Position numbers and translations under genes: made by a program. Shown here piece after piece: positions 26,750-39,680 of a DNA stretch of 64,000 nt (position 1 is its first letter; each line of letters begins with the position of its first letter). The notes under the pieces are model-generated. The model was not told the DNA's origin. It made no database searches and saw only the letters and a program-made list of their open reading frames with translations. Origin of the DNA: Octopus vulgaris (Eukaryota); assembly GCA_951406725.2 (NCBI GenBank), contig OX597817.1:43400001-43464000 (forward strand). The letters are read 5' to 3'.

Positions 26750-27846
26750 GTGGACAAATGCAAGAAGAGCACTCAACCAATTTATTGGATCAAAACAGTT
26801 TATGAGTATAAAAAAGGCAGCAATGTAACAAATGCTGTAAAAAGTGCGCAAGAAGTGTTTTGAATTTTTGCAAGTGCCAATGATGGTTCTACAAATTTCA
26901 ACAAAGTGACTTTAGCCTAGAAGATGTCCGCTGCTCTGGGTGCTCTGTTTCTTTTGATAAGGATGTGTTGAAAGCCACTGCTGAAAGAAATCCATATGTA
27001 ACTGTTGAAGGGTTTCATTTATCATCATCAACTGTCTGTCACCATTTGCAAGAAATTTGAATCATGTCTAAGCTTGACAAGTGGGTTCCACATGAACTGA
27101 GTGAAAACAATCAAAGGGAATGTGTCAATATCTGCACTGCTCTTTATTATTCATATGGGAAAAAACATCTCCATTTTTGAACTGCTTAGTGACCAGTTAC
27201 AAAAGTGGATACTCTTTTAGAATGTTAAACACCAATGTCAATGGGTTCAACCAGGAGAACAAACAAGACCCCATCCCAAAAAAGATTTTCGTCCTCAAAA
27301 AGTTCTGTTAAGCATTTGGTGGGACGTGTTTGGTGTAACACACTTTGAAACCTTGCCACACAACCAGACAATTACAACTCAAAGGTACTGTGAACAAATT
27401 GATAAACTGAATGACAAAACTTACAGGAAAAAGGTTGTGCTCTCAACCAAAAGGGTGCTATTTTCCATCATGACAATGCCAGAATTCTTAGTGCAAGAAT
27501 CACATGTGCAAAGATTGAGGAGCTAGGTAGGGAAAGGCTTCCACATCCTCTATATTCTCCTGACCTTGCCCCTTCAGATTATCATCTATTCTGAAGCTTG
27601 TAGAATTTTATTAATGGAAAAGAATATAGTTCCTTAGAGGCCCTTGAAATGGACCTTGAAGAGTTTTTGTCTTCTAAACCAGCTGAGTTCTATAGGAATG
27701 ACATAAAAAAAGCCTTTTATAACATTAGAAGAATGTTATTGATTCAGATCAGGAATATATAGTTGATTAAATTGGAACCTTACTTGCTTTTTTTTTTTTT
27801 TTCTTCAAAGCCTTCTAGAAAAAACAACTTACTTATAGACCTGATA
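26750..27846 (+). pseudogene. Nearly full-length decayed mariner transposase
   Basis: KWVPHELSE (about 27080), HDNAR and LPHPLYSPDLAPSDYHLF (about 27540-27590) motifs with stops and frameshifts. Confidence 0.92.
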
Positions 27847-27848
27847 CG

Positions 27849-27900
<52 letters not shown>

Positions 27901-28123
27901 ACCTGGGACCTTGAAGACTGCTTTAATGCAAGAAAGTATACTAGTCCCTTAATATTTGATATTCAATATTTCATTTCATTTTACACTATATATATACTGT
28001 TTATACTATATATTCTATATTCTACATTAATGTTATAAAGAATATAAATAAAACATAAAAAACAGACAGAGTTGGAATTCCTTTAAATAATATATATCGC
28101 TTCTTACACAATCATACAAACCC

Positions 28124-28194
<71 letters not shown>

Positions 28195-28196
<2 letters not shown>

Positions 28197-28432
28197 GAGA
28201 CGCAATGGCCCAGTGGTTAGGGCAGCGGACTTGCGGTTGTAGGATCGCGGTTTTGATTCCCAGACCGGGCGTTGTGAGTGTTTATTGAGCGAAAACACCT
28301 AAAGCTCCACGAGGCTCCAGCAGGGGGGGGGGGCGATCCCTGCTGTACTCTTTCACCACAACTTTCTCTCACTCTTTCTTCTGTTGGCCTGCTCGCTTAG
28401 CCAGTGGGGTGGCATCATTTGAAGGCTAAAAC
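28195..28432 (+). mobile_element. SINE family C
   Basis: ggagacgcaatggcccagtggttagggcagcggac head next to (TA)n. Confidence 0.85.
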
Positions 28433-29924
28433 AGTATTTATCGTTGCAGCTGATTCACTGAGGATATAACATTAGCAGCAAAAATCAAAGTTCAGCCAAT
28501 TCGCTCTAGCTCTCCTGCCTGTCTTTAAACACATCTTCAACTATCTCTCCTATACTCCTCCACCTACCAGACCACCTGGTATTCACATCCATCATTCACT
28601 TCAAACACTTATTCATGTCTGTTACTAGTCATCACTTTCACTTCTTTTTAACCACTGTCTTATTTCTTTAACTCCATATAAGATTAAAATTTATGTGCAA
28701 TAAATTGCTTTTCTAGAAGACACAAAATATTTTTACAATCTTTTAATGCAATTCCTAATAATATCTCTTATGATAAAAGGCAGATTTTCTCTGCCTGTTA
28801 CCATGTTCGTTTTTAATACAATTGTACAATATACAATTTCTTCAATTGGAATTTACCTATGATTTTTCGAAGTAGATTCAATTGGGTCATGGCATATAAA
28901 TTTTTTTCAAGTTGACCCCCAATTAAGCAAAAATTAGATCAAACTCAATATTTTACGATTTGCCTCTCTCATTTCAAATGCTTCACTCTTTCTATTACCA
29001 CACTTTCTGCTACTTTCTCTTTGCAAGTGTACACACACATAGACACGCAAACATATACATATACGATTGCCTCTCTCATTTCAAATGCTTTCCTCCGTCT
29101 ATTACCACACTTTCTCCTACTTTCTCTTTGCAAGCGGGGAAACAGATACACGTGCATTTTTTTTTCGGGAAGTTCTTTTGAAGTCGGTGTGCATCGGAAG
29201 CATTGATGTACATGTATGCGTGCGTGTGTGTGTGTGTTTGATGGGGTGTGCGACACAGAAAGTGTGGTGTGTAAGTGAAGTGCTTTTGTTAGTGTGTGTA
29301 AAGAGACAGAGAGAGTAATGTTGTGCTGTGTGTGTATGTGTGAAAGACAGAGATAACTGAACTTTTTTTATTCACTTTTTGTAGTGAGTGACTGAGAGAG
29401 AAAAGAAGAGAGAGAGGTTATGTATGTATATATGTATGTATGGCTTCAGTGACACACACACAAAAACACATACCTACGTACACCTAAAGCATGCACACAC
29501 ACACACAAACGGAGCGCGAACTTCAAAAGAACTTCGCGCTCTATCTATCTGGTTTGCCATTCCTCACACACACACATACACATGCAAACATATACATATA
29601 TGACAGTGACAAGCACAAACGTTTCAAACAACTACATACAAACACTCAAACACACACGTGTGTGTTTGTTATTAGTAAAAAAGGCGCCAAACACAATTCA
29701 CTTTCTCATTCGAACACATTTGCAAACACACACCGACGGTCGAATTGCCATAACTCAACAGAAAAGGTAAATTGCTTTTTATTTACTTTCTGTCGCTAAA
29801 TTTTGGTAGTATTAATTGCCGAGCGTACTTCAGTTGTCAATTGTTGAAAGAAAGAAATTGTAAGCTAAGAAGGTGCATGTGTGTATGTGTGCATGTGTGT
29901 GTGTGTGTATGTATGTGTGTGTGT

Positions 29925-29962
<38 letters not shown>

Positions 29963-30078
29963 GAAGTGAAGGATCAAAATATGGCAAGAAGTGGACAGAT
30001 ATACATATATACATACATACATCCATACATACATGTGTGTGTGTGTATATGTATGTGTATTAATGTGTGTGTGTTATC

Positions 30079-30467
30079 TCTCTCTATATAAAGCTGAAGT
30101 TGTCTGTGTGCAGCAGGTTTGGTAGCCTTCAACTAACACTATCTCCTCCGAGACCCTGCGGCGCAAGTTGACCAAAATTGAGAGTATGATAGAAGAAGGG
30201 TTGCTCTTCCTTCCGTAGAAGATAAAATTCAAATCGGACCATGTTAACACCAAAAATTATTTACATCAAAATGCTGCTTTTTTCTATGAAAATCCCTATT
30301 TTTTACCATTTTTTCACTGCTGTGTCGCCATTTTTCGGTGTATTTCAACCAGAAAAATGTTCACTTGAACACAATAACAAGCTACATAATGCAAAATTTT
30401 TACTTTTCAAAAATTCCAATTCCAGCGGGTTGAAACAAACCCGAGCAACGCTGGGCGATACTGCTAG
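30079..30467 (+). mobile_element. Non-autonomous Helitron
   Basis: 5' TCTCTATATAAAGCTGAAG; 3' hairpin cccgagcaacgctggg followed by CTAG. Confidence 0.75.
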
Positions 30468-30835
30468 GTTAATTATAAAAATACTATAGGATTTTTCAGA
30501 CATCAAATTGTGGTGAGGATCCACCCAAGTAAAATAGGTATGATAGGGGTCCATAGGTTAAAAAAATGGCTGAAAATCACTGCTCGAAATGAATGGACAC
30601 TTTACAGAGTTATAGCACTACCTTTTGAATTTCTGCCATTTTGGGGTTTCCTGGTATCTGAGCTAGGTGGCAATCAGCCCCTTTTGCTATCATTCCCAGG
30701 GCACCTATGACAACAGGTATTGTTTTAGTCTTCAGGTTCCACATTTTGCTAATTTCTATTTCAAGACCTTTATACTTGCTCAGTTTTTGGTAGGTCTTGA
30801 CAGATATGTATATATCGATTCAGACAGTCATATCA

Positions 30836-30877
<42 letters not shown>

Positions 30878-31159
30878 GTATGATGATGATGATGATATAT
30901 ACACATACAATATATCAATATCTATATAAATAGAGAAAAGAAAATGTAACAAGTGTACATCAACATTGCTAATAATAACTTTCAGAAACCAATTAATGAT
31001 TAATTAATTAAATGACTGATTATTTAATCAAGTGGTAATTAACCTGAAGTTTATGTGTTTTATTGGTGCATTATCCTCGCAATCTTCCCAAAGTTCAACA
31101 AAATGTATATTTATCAATATATATATATATATATATCATATATATATAGACATACATAT

Positions 31160-31195
<36 letters not shown>

Positions 31196-31220
31196 GTATC
31201 ATATATATATAGACATACAT

Positions 31221-31338
<118 letters not shown>

Positions 31339-31396
31339 ATATACACACACACTCAGACATACACACATAAACATACATATGCATATACATACATAT

Positions 31397-31810
31397 AGGT
31401 GCAGGCGTGGCTGTGTGGTAAGAAGTTTGCTTCTGAACCACATAGTTCCAGGTTCAGTCCCACAGCATGACACCTTGGCCAAGTGTGTTCTACTATAACC
31501 TCAGGTTGACCAAAGCCTTGTGAGTGGATTTGGTGGATGGAAACTGAAAGAAGCTCATTGTATATTTTATATATATATATGTGTGTGTGTGTATGTGTCT
31601 TTGTGTCTGTGTTTCTCAGCTACAATCACTCAATAACTGGTGTTGCTTACATCCTTGTAACTTAGCAGTTTGGCAAAAGAGACTGACAGAATATGCACCA
31701 GGCTTAAAAAAATTTGTACTAGGGGGGTCGATTTAAACGACTAAAAATTCTGCAAGATGGCGCCCCAGCATGGCTGCAGTTTGATGACTAAGACAAATAA
31801 AAGATATAAA
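31397..31810 (+). mobile_element. SINE family B (diverged)
   Basis: ggtgcaggcgtggctgtgtggtaag head; tail gactaagacaaataaaagat. Confidence 0.85.
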
Positions 31811-32127
31811 ACAAAAGATAAATCTGATTAAAAATAGTTTTAATGATTCAATTTAGACTTTCATTAAATTAAACCATTTTTACATATTTATTACATATCA
31901 ATTGGGACATAGATAGTATAACTGTGCTATTTAGAGGCTCACTTTGAAACAGCATAGCATAGTTCGTGCAAATTTATAGTAGCTTACTTTTTGACTTATT
32001 TTAGAACATGGTTGTGTCCATAAAATAGGATTTGACTACAACTTCATTTAGAGCACAGTTTAAGCTATCTTTTCGTGGAAGAAGGTTTATGTTCCTATAA
32101 CCTATGTTAATCTTGTAACCCTTTAAA

Positions 32128-32511
32128 ATGGAAGATAAGAAAGTTCATTTTTGGCCAAGTGATTTGGGAACCAGACAAAAATTGCTGCAGCTCAGCTGGG
32201 ATGTGTTACCCCACCCTCCATATTCACCAGATATTACTTCTTCAGATTTCCACTTATTCAGGTTTCTGCAGAATAGTCTTAATGGTAAAAATTTCAATTC
32301 CTTGGATGACGTAAAAAGATACCTTGATGAATTCTTTGCCATGAAACCACCACAGTTCTGGGAAGAGGGTATTTTCAAGTTAAAGGAAAGATGGAGACGC
32401 ATTGTGCAACAAAATGGTTCATATTTGGTTGATTAAAAATGTAATGGCAAGTATTTATTGACCTTTTTCTATCCTTTAAAAATTGACACAAACTTTCCGG
32501 ACAACCCAATA
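32128..32511 (+). mobile_element. Internally deleted mariner: N-terminus fused to catalytic C-terminus, right TIR
   Basis: MEDKKVHF joined to LPHPPYSPDITSSDFHLF...WRRIVQQNGSYLVD; TIR-like actttccggacaacccaata. Confidence 0.88.
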
Positions 32512-32669
32512 GAATTACATTACCAAATGTGTCCCTTCAATAGATTATGTAGTCCTACTGAGACCTAAAAAAGTGGAATGTCTATAACTGGAATGTCTTT
32601 CATCATGGGTATACTCAGCCGGAGCTAATTTCGGGCTAAACACCTGGGACTCCATCAGTTAAAATGATG

Positions 32670-32970
32670 AAGGTTCTAGTTGATCAGACCAAGAGAATAG
32701 CCTGCTCATGAAATTAACTTGCAAGTGGCTGAGTACTCCACAGACACACCTATCCTTGGTGTAGTTTTCAAATAGACTCTGTGTGATACAGAATGTGACA
32801 ATGTTGGCCCTTTTGAATTACAGGTACCACTCATTTTTATCAGCTGAGTGGACAGGAGCAATGTGAAATAAAGTGTCTTGCTCAAGGACACAACAGGCCA
32901 CTGGGAATTGAACTCATGACCTAATGATTGTGAGCTGAATACCCTAACCGCTAAGCCACACCCCTTCACA
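32670..32970 (-). mobile_element. Older tRNA/CORE-type SINE sharing a module with family C
   Basis: gtggcttagcggttagg...gagttcaattccc...gtgtccttgagcaagacac head; aagggccaacattgtcacattctg resembles 20310-20403. Confidence 0.7.
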
Positions 32971-33413
32971 TAGGGCTAAACAGTAACAGATTTATTCTAT
33001 TACCCAGTTTAAAAGATGCCGCCGAGCCTTTGGGTGCTTTTAGCAGAGTTCATTCTGTAAAAGCAACTCTGATCTCTGATCTGAGGATAACTTCATCCTT
33101 TCTTATTATTTGTCTAAGGGTGCTAAAAATAGAAAAGGGTCATGTGTACTATCCTTCCTCGTTTGTCTAATCCAGTGGTTTTTAACTGGAGTCCATGAAA
33201 GATTCTGTTGTTAAAATTTACACAAAATATTTTGGCATTTTTTAAGTACAGTTTAGAATATTTAAACATAAAAATATAACAGGATTTTTAAAAACATTGA
33301 ATGGTTATGAAGGTCCATCTAACTACAGTAAGAATCAGATGAAATACCGCTAAACATTTTGCCTGGCATGCTAACATTTCTGCCAACTTGCTGCCTTTGC
33401 CTTATTAAATATT

Positions 33414-34220
33414 TATTTCTTTATTACCCACAAGAGGCTAAACATAGAGGGTACAAACAAGGACAGACAAAGGGATAAAATTGATTACATCGACCCCAGT
33501 GCATAACTGGTACTTATTTAATCGACCCCTGAAAGGATGAAAGGCAAAGTTGACCTCGGTGGAATTTGAACTCAGAACCTTAAGACAGACGAAATACCTA
33601 TTTCTTTATTACTCACGAGGGGTTAAACACAGAGAGGAGAAACAAGGACAGACAAATGGATTAAGTCGAGTATGTCCAACCCAGTGCGTAACTGGTACTT
33701 ATTTAATCGACCCTGAAAGGATGAAAGGCAAAGTCAACCTTGGCGGAATTTGAACTCAGAACGTAGCGGCAGACGAAATACCGCTAAGCATTTCGCCTGG
33801 CATGCTAACGTTTCTTTTTTCTTTATTGCCTACATAGACGGTACAAACAAGGACAGACAAAGGGATTAAATTGGTTACATCGACTCCTGTGCGTAATTAG
33901 TACTTATTTAATCAACCCCCAAAAGGATGAAAGGCAAAGTTGACCTTGGTAGAATTTGAACTCAGAACGTAGCGGCAGATGAAATACCTATTTCTTTACT
34001 ACCCACAAGGGGCTAAACACAGAGGGGACAAACAAGGACAGACATAGGTATTAAGTCGATTACATCGACCCCAGTGTGTAACTGGTACTTAATTTATCGA
34101 CCCCGAAAGGATGAAAGGCAAAGTCGACCTCAACGGAATTTGAACTCAGAACGTAACAACAGATGAAATACCGCTAAGCATTTCACCTGGCGTGCTAACG
34201 TTTCTGCCAGCTTACTACCT
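33414..34220 (-). mobile_element. Four nested/tandem SINE family A units inside one 17-bp TSD
   Basis: Junctions at 33598, about 33815 and 33988; ttgccttattaaatatt at 33397-33413 and 34221-34237. Confidence 0.85.
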
Positions 34221-34589
34221 TTGCCTTATTAAATATTATCAACACAATTACAAGGTTCAAATAGAGTGATTATAATCACTCTATTTAGTATTATAATCAT
34301 AATACTGCTTTCATATTTGTGAAAAGATTTATGAAAATTTTTGCGAAAAGATTTGTGACTTGTTCACTCTTCCAAATCACTCTGTACACCATGCACACAT
34401 GTACACATTCACACGTACACACATACATTCATACACACATTCCAGGATTCCAGATGACACCATAAAAGAGTATTCAATTCATAAACAGCTTAATTTTTTT
34501 TTTATACTTTTATTTCAGCTGTGACTTTTGTGTCAGCTGCAAGTCACTCAACAGTGTCCTTCATCTGTTTTTTCCTACGCTACTACAAC

Positions 34590-34985
34590 GATGATAATGA
34601 CGATGATGATGGTGGTGGTAGTAGTGGTGATGGTGGTGATGACAATGATGATGGTAGTGGCGTTGGAGTAATGATAATGGTGGTGATGATGATGATGGTG
34701 GTGGTGGTATTGGTGGTGATAACAATGATGATGGTAGTGGTGTTGGTGTAATGATAATGGTGGTGATGATGGTGGTGGTGATGATGACAACGATGGTGAT
34801 GATGATGATGGTGGTGGTGATGGTGGTGATGACAATGATGATGGTAGTGGTGTTGGAGTAATGACAATGATGGTGGTGGTGGTGGTGATGATGACAATGA
34901 TGGTGATGATGATGTTGATGATGGCGGTGGTGGTGGTGGTGGTAATGACAATGATGGTGGTAGTGATGATGTTGATGATAATGAT
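34590..34985. repeat. (GAT/GGT)n low-complexity tract with ~120-bp higher-order repeat
   Basis: ggtggtgatgacaatgatgatggtagtgg-gttggagtaatga recurs near 34632, 34713 and 34822. Confidence 0.85.
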
Positions 34986-35312
34986 TGGTTGGCCTGTGGC
35001 TACAGTAGAAGACACTTGCCCAAGGTGCTACACAGTGGGACTGAACTTGGAACCATGTGGTTGGGAAGCAAGCTTCTTACCACTCAGCCACAAAAGTGTA
35101 GTATAGCAGTTTAGCATTTTTCAAAAGTGTAGAAAAGTCCCACATACGACAGTTTTGCAAAAATATTTCCGATTGAAAATATACATGCATGGAGTTACGA
35201 TTTTATGCACCCAACAAAGTATTATTTGTTAAGATGAAACTGTTGCTAATGTAAAAATGAAATGGGATGGAGAAACTATTTTTCCATGACACTTTTGCAT
35301 AATAGCAACGAC

Positions 35313-35517
35313 CAATTGAGTCAAGTACATCAACATCAAAATAAAAATCAAATGGAAATTGTAGTTGTGATACCTGTGCCAGTGGCACATAAAAAGCACC
35401 AACTGATCGTGGACGTTGCCAGCCTCCTCTGGCCCCTGTGCCGGTGGCACGTAAAAAAACACCCACTACACTGACAGAGTGGTTGGTGTTAGGAAGGGCA
35501 TCCAGCTGTAGAAACAC
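35313..35517 (+). mobile_element. RTE 3' UTR fragment
   Basis: ttgagtcaagtacatcaacatc...gtgatacc-gtgcc junction identical in layout to 59490-59565 (-). Confidence 0.85.
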
Positions 35518-35694
35518 TCATTAGTTGTACTACTCCATTGCTGATAAGTCAAATCCTACCTGTCAGTATATAGATTTTACCATAAGAATCAATGGCTGAT
35601 TTAGCAAAATGATAAAGTGAAAATTACAAAATAATAAAAGTGGCTAGATGCAATATAAAACCAAAAAGGTAATTGTCACACATGCACACATACA

Positions 35695-35905
35695 AAGGGA
35701 TGCTGAAAAGCTATTGGCTTTAAGGTATTGTGAAAAGCCTTGTTGAAGGCCCAACCTTAAAAGTTCTTTTGCAAGGCTTGGAAAACTGAAGGACGCCTGT
35801 GATAAGTGTGTGAATTTGAGAGGGGTGTATGGTGAATAAAATCATAATTAACTGATCCTCTTGTATTGTATTTTACCCAATTCCAGGAACTTTTCAGCCC
35901 CACCA
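35695..35905. mobile_element. Small mariner-derived MITE
   Basis: ggatgctgaaaagct / aggaacttttcagccc termini; internal KCVNLRGVYGE* like a mariner C-terminus. Confidence 0.6.
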
Positions 35906-36085
35906 CCCTTGTGTGTGTATGTGTTTGTACACATGTATATAAATATAAATAAATAAATAAATATATATAAATATATATATATATAATTGAAAAATAGGAT
36001 AAAATCTTTATAAGAATTTATCAAGTAGTTAGCATGAAAAACTTCATAAGGGAAAAATCCATCAATTATTCCTCTTAAATATATA

Positions 36086-36248
36086 TTATTTATATTAAGG
36101 GCATTACTATACATAAATGCCTCACGCTAGGAGGGATTCTTAAAATCAAAACTACCATAATAAATAGACATCATTTATTATGGTAGTTTTGACTTTAAGA
36201 GTCCCTCCTAGCATGAGGCATTTATGTATAGTAATGCCCTTAATATAA

Positions 36249-36252
<4 letters not shown>
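36086..36252. repeat. Near-perfect ~80-bp-arm palindrome abutting (TA)n
   Basis: Arms 36086-36165 and 36173-36252, loop agacatc. Confidence 0.92.
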
Positions 36253-36316
<64 letters not shown>

Positions 36317-36606
36317 TATATATATAGGCACAGGAGTGGTAAGTAGCTTGCTAACCAACCACATGGTTCCAAGTTCAGTCCCACTGCGTGGCAGCTTGGG
36401 CAAGTGTCTTCAGCTATAGCCCCAGGTCGACCAATGCCTTGTGAGTGGATTTGGTAGACGGAAACTGAAAGAAGCCTGTCGTATATATGTATATATATAT
36501 ATGTAAATTCCCCAAAACGAAGAACAAGCACAAAAAAATAAACAACAACACAGGGATGTGGTACACGTAAAGTATTAGCAGATGCTCAGGGAAGGAAAGA
36601 AAGATG

Positions 36607-36641
36607 GTTTAATGTTTCGAGCAAAGCTCTTCTTCAGAAAC
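36607..36641 (-). ncRNA. Minimal hammerhead ribozyme motif in Penelope-like repeat
   Basis: gttt-CTGAAGA-a-gagc(ttt)gctc-GAAAC-att-aaac. Confidence 0.6.
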
Positions 36642-37689
36642 AGAGGAAAGTCCAATAGAAAAGGAAGACAGATGTAAAATAAAATCACCAACGATTCACA
36701 TGTGGTTACATTTGTGTGTGTATGTATGCTTATACAACAGGCTTCCACACATTCTCCATCTATCAAATTCACTCATGAGGTAGTGGTCATCCCTGAACTA
36801 TATACACTTGCCCAATGTATGTTATCAAATATACAAGAAAATGTTATTAGAATTACAGTGAAAATATAATTATAAATATGAAAGTAAGAAGTAAAAATGA
36901 AAACTGACCTCATTGATACCATTCCAGATTCAGACATTTTCATTAACTAATTTAATTTACTGATCACTACCTAGTTTACATATGTGTTAATTTAACCAGT
37001 TAGAGACTGCTAATTTGGACAACCTAATTTTATATGAAAGCAATAAAAAGAATCTACTTTCCTTGCTTTTCTTATTTGTTGTCATCCAATCGACTGTGGT
37101 AAGTCTGTCGGCAGAAAATATGCACCATGTGGTCTTTTGTTTTCTTGTTTGTTTGTTTTTCCCCCACATTTCATTCTCTTTAGATAGTAGTTAACTTCTA
37201 CTTTGATCTTGTCTTGATAGAATTTCTACCATATATGCTTATCTGACATTTTTTCATACAAAGGCCATTTATCTGTTGGTACACGTCTAACTTTACATAC
37301 TGAAAATATAATACTTTATAGACAATAAAAAACATGAATATATCTATCTACATTTTCCATATCATTTCTACATTAATTATGTAACTGACTTATTGAAACC
37401 GATTCATTTTAAACTATTGCAAATTCATTTAAAATATTCCATATTTGTATTCTTTGTTTAACCATAGTAGGCTTTGAAGGAGATTTGGCTGCTATTTCAA
37501 GCACGTCAAGAGGCCATGTAAAACCTCTTTCACTAGCTTGTCAAATGACCATTTTTTGACTAATGTATTTAACTGCCACTTAAAAAAAAAAAGAAGAAAA
37601 AATGAATATAATTTTGATTTCTTACATTGTATGAAAGTCTCAAACTTAGAAGAAAGATATGTTTTATTCAATTATCTAATATCATTCGA

Positions 37690-37905
37690 GATGTTTTGCA
37701 GCTTCATGAGAAGCCTGGTGTATGTACCATCATACTGATCTTGAATCTCCTTATTTGTAGACCAGGTTTCAGTCTACAGAGAATAATGCCCTCTTCATAT
37801 GCCTGAAAGAAGACAAGCCTTTTTGACTTAGAAATATTTGATAACCAGGCGTTTTGAAGATTGTTAATGGCATTCCAGGCTTGACTCTTGCATGTCAGAA
37901 AGTTA
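37690..37905 (-). mobile_element. RTE/RTE-X LINE RT remnant
   Basis: KSQAWNAINNLQNAWLSNISKSKRLVFFQA / TETWSTNKEIQDQYDGTYTRLLMKLQNIS. Confidence 0.75.
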
Positions 37906-37907
37906 TT

Positions 37908-38123
37908 ATCTTTTTATTGCCCACAAGGGGCTACACACAGAGGGGACAAACAAGGACAGACAAACGGATTAAGTCGATTATATCGACCTCAGTGCGTAAC
38001 TGGTACTTATTTAATTGACCCCGAAAGGATGAAAGGCAAAGTCGACCTCAGCGGAATTTGAACTCAGAACGTAACGGCTGACGAAATACGGCTACGCATT
38101 TCGACCGGCGTGCTAATGTTTCT
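37908..38123 (-). mobile_element. SINE family A
   Basis: CpG-intact copy, head-to-head with next element. Confidence 0.9.
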
Positions 38124-38145
38124 TCTTGCCACATATTTCTCTGAT

Positions 38146-38368
38146 AAGGCGGCGAGCTGGCAGAAACGTTAGCACGCCGGGCGAAATGCTTAGCGGTATT
38201 TCGTCTGTCGTTACGTTCTGAGTTCAAATTCCGCCGAGGTCGACTTTGCCTTTCATCCTTTCGGGGTCGATAAATTAAGTACCAGTTACGCACTGGGGTC
38301 GATGTAATCGACTTAATCCCTTTGTTTGTCCCCTCTGCGTTTAGCCCCTTGTGGGCAATAAAGAAATA
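38146..38368 (+). mobile_element. SINE family A, full length with 15-bp TSD
   Basis: acatatttctctgat at 38131-38145 and 38369-38383. Confidence 0.93.
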
Positions 38369-39069
38369 ACATATTTCTCTGATTACGAAAAGTTGCTTTG
38401 AAAAGGATTCAATTTGTAAAAAAAAAAAAAAAAAAGGCAGGATGTGAAGAAGAGAACAAACATAGAATATGAATGAGAATCTTTGCCTCAGACAAACAGT
38501 TTAGATGAGGAGACACAGAAACCAACAAGCAATAACACATAAATCAATACAATCACAAACACCTCCGATACTAGAAACACCGCCAACATTATAAACATTA
38601 CGACATAACGAAACGACATTTCAATCCATACCAACAACGAGATTGTCACTTCCAAACCGAACAAAGAAAAAATCGCTAACCTGCACAAGCCACAGACACA
38701 AACAATATGGACCTAATGAAACGTATCAACATTTCAACTCATGTTAGTTTCAAATTTTGGTACAAGGCCATCAGTTTCAGGAGAGGCGGTTAATCGAATA
38801 CACCAACTGCAGTGCTCGACTGGTACTTATTTTATCGACTCTGAAAGGATGAATGGTAAAGTCAAACTCGGCGGAATTCGAAGTCAGAGCGCAAAGACAG
38901 GCGAAATACTGCTAAGCATTTTGCCGTGCTAACGGTTCTGCCAGCTAGCCGCCCTTACATTCTAACTCTTATTAAAACCATAAAATCTGCTTGTGGAAAC
39001 ATCACCAAAATAGCCTGACCGAACATTTGTCTTTCTACAAACATCTTCCTTTTTCTGTCGAACACGACT

Positions 39070-39680
39070 TTACTCAGAATAGTTAAGGAGAATACACGTG
39101 GGCTGGGGCCACTTTCGAAGCAAGGCTGCTTGATCAACGAACTTGCTCCACATAATACAGATGTGGTGGACCTCAGTAAAATTAAGGTTTCCGATCTGCA
39201 AGCATTCGTGTCCATTTTCGATGGATACGAAATCTACTTGTTTCAACGTTGGCCAAGATTAGGACAGCTGTGTTATCTCGGAAGCGTCTGAATCTCACAA
39301 TATGGGTCATCTCCTTGGATCAAGAAGGTTAAGTTGAGCAGTTTTCAAAGGAACGGTCTACTCTTTAGTACTTGAAGGCGAGTGGAACGCCATCTTAGAT
39401 TTTGTGTGTTTGTGTGTGGTGGTCGGTAGCTAATTGGAGCGGGGTTTGCAAAACCGTCGCCAACATGTTCAGACATTTCCAAGTACTGACTGCATATCCC
39501 GAATGTGCCAAAATGGGCAAGACAAAACGCATCGGATTATCTGGATCATATCTAGATAGAGTTTTCAGTAGATAAGGATAGCATACGAACTAGTTAACAT
39601 TTTAAAATTGTAAGCTATGCAGACGACAGATTTGTAATCTGTACAGTCTACCTAAATAGGCTTCATAGGCTAAAAAGGTG
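39070..39680 (+). mobile_element. Decayed Tx1/L1-type LINE AP-endonuclease
   Basis: NTRGLGPLSKQGCLINEL, LEGEWNAILD and SYLDRV motifs; homologous to 52085-52980. Confidence 0.7.

Noticed and set aside
28957-29540. ~75-bp tandem duplication and short inverted repeat gaagttcttttgaagt / acttcaaaagaacttc
   Set aside because: Probably an old repeat; no termini or TSD could be defined.
34521-35106. Poly-His/Pro/Thr ORFs
   Set aside because: Trinucleotide low-complexity tract open in many frames and running into a SINE.
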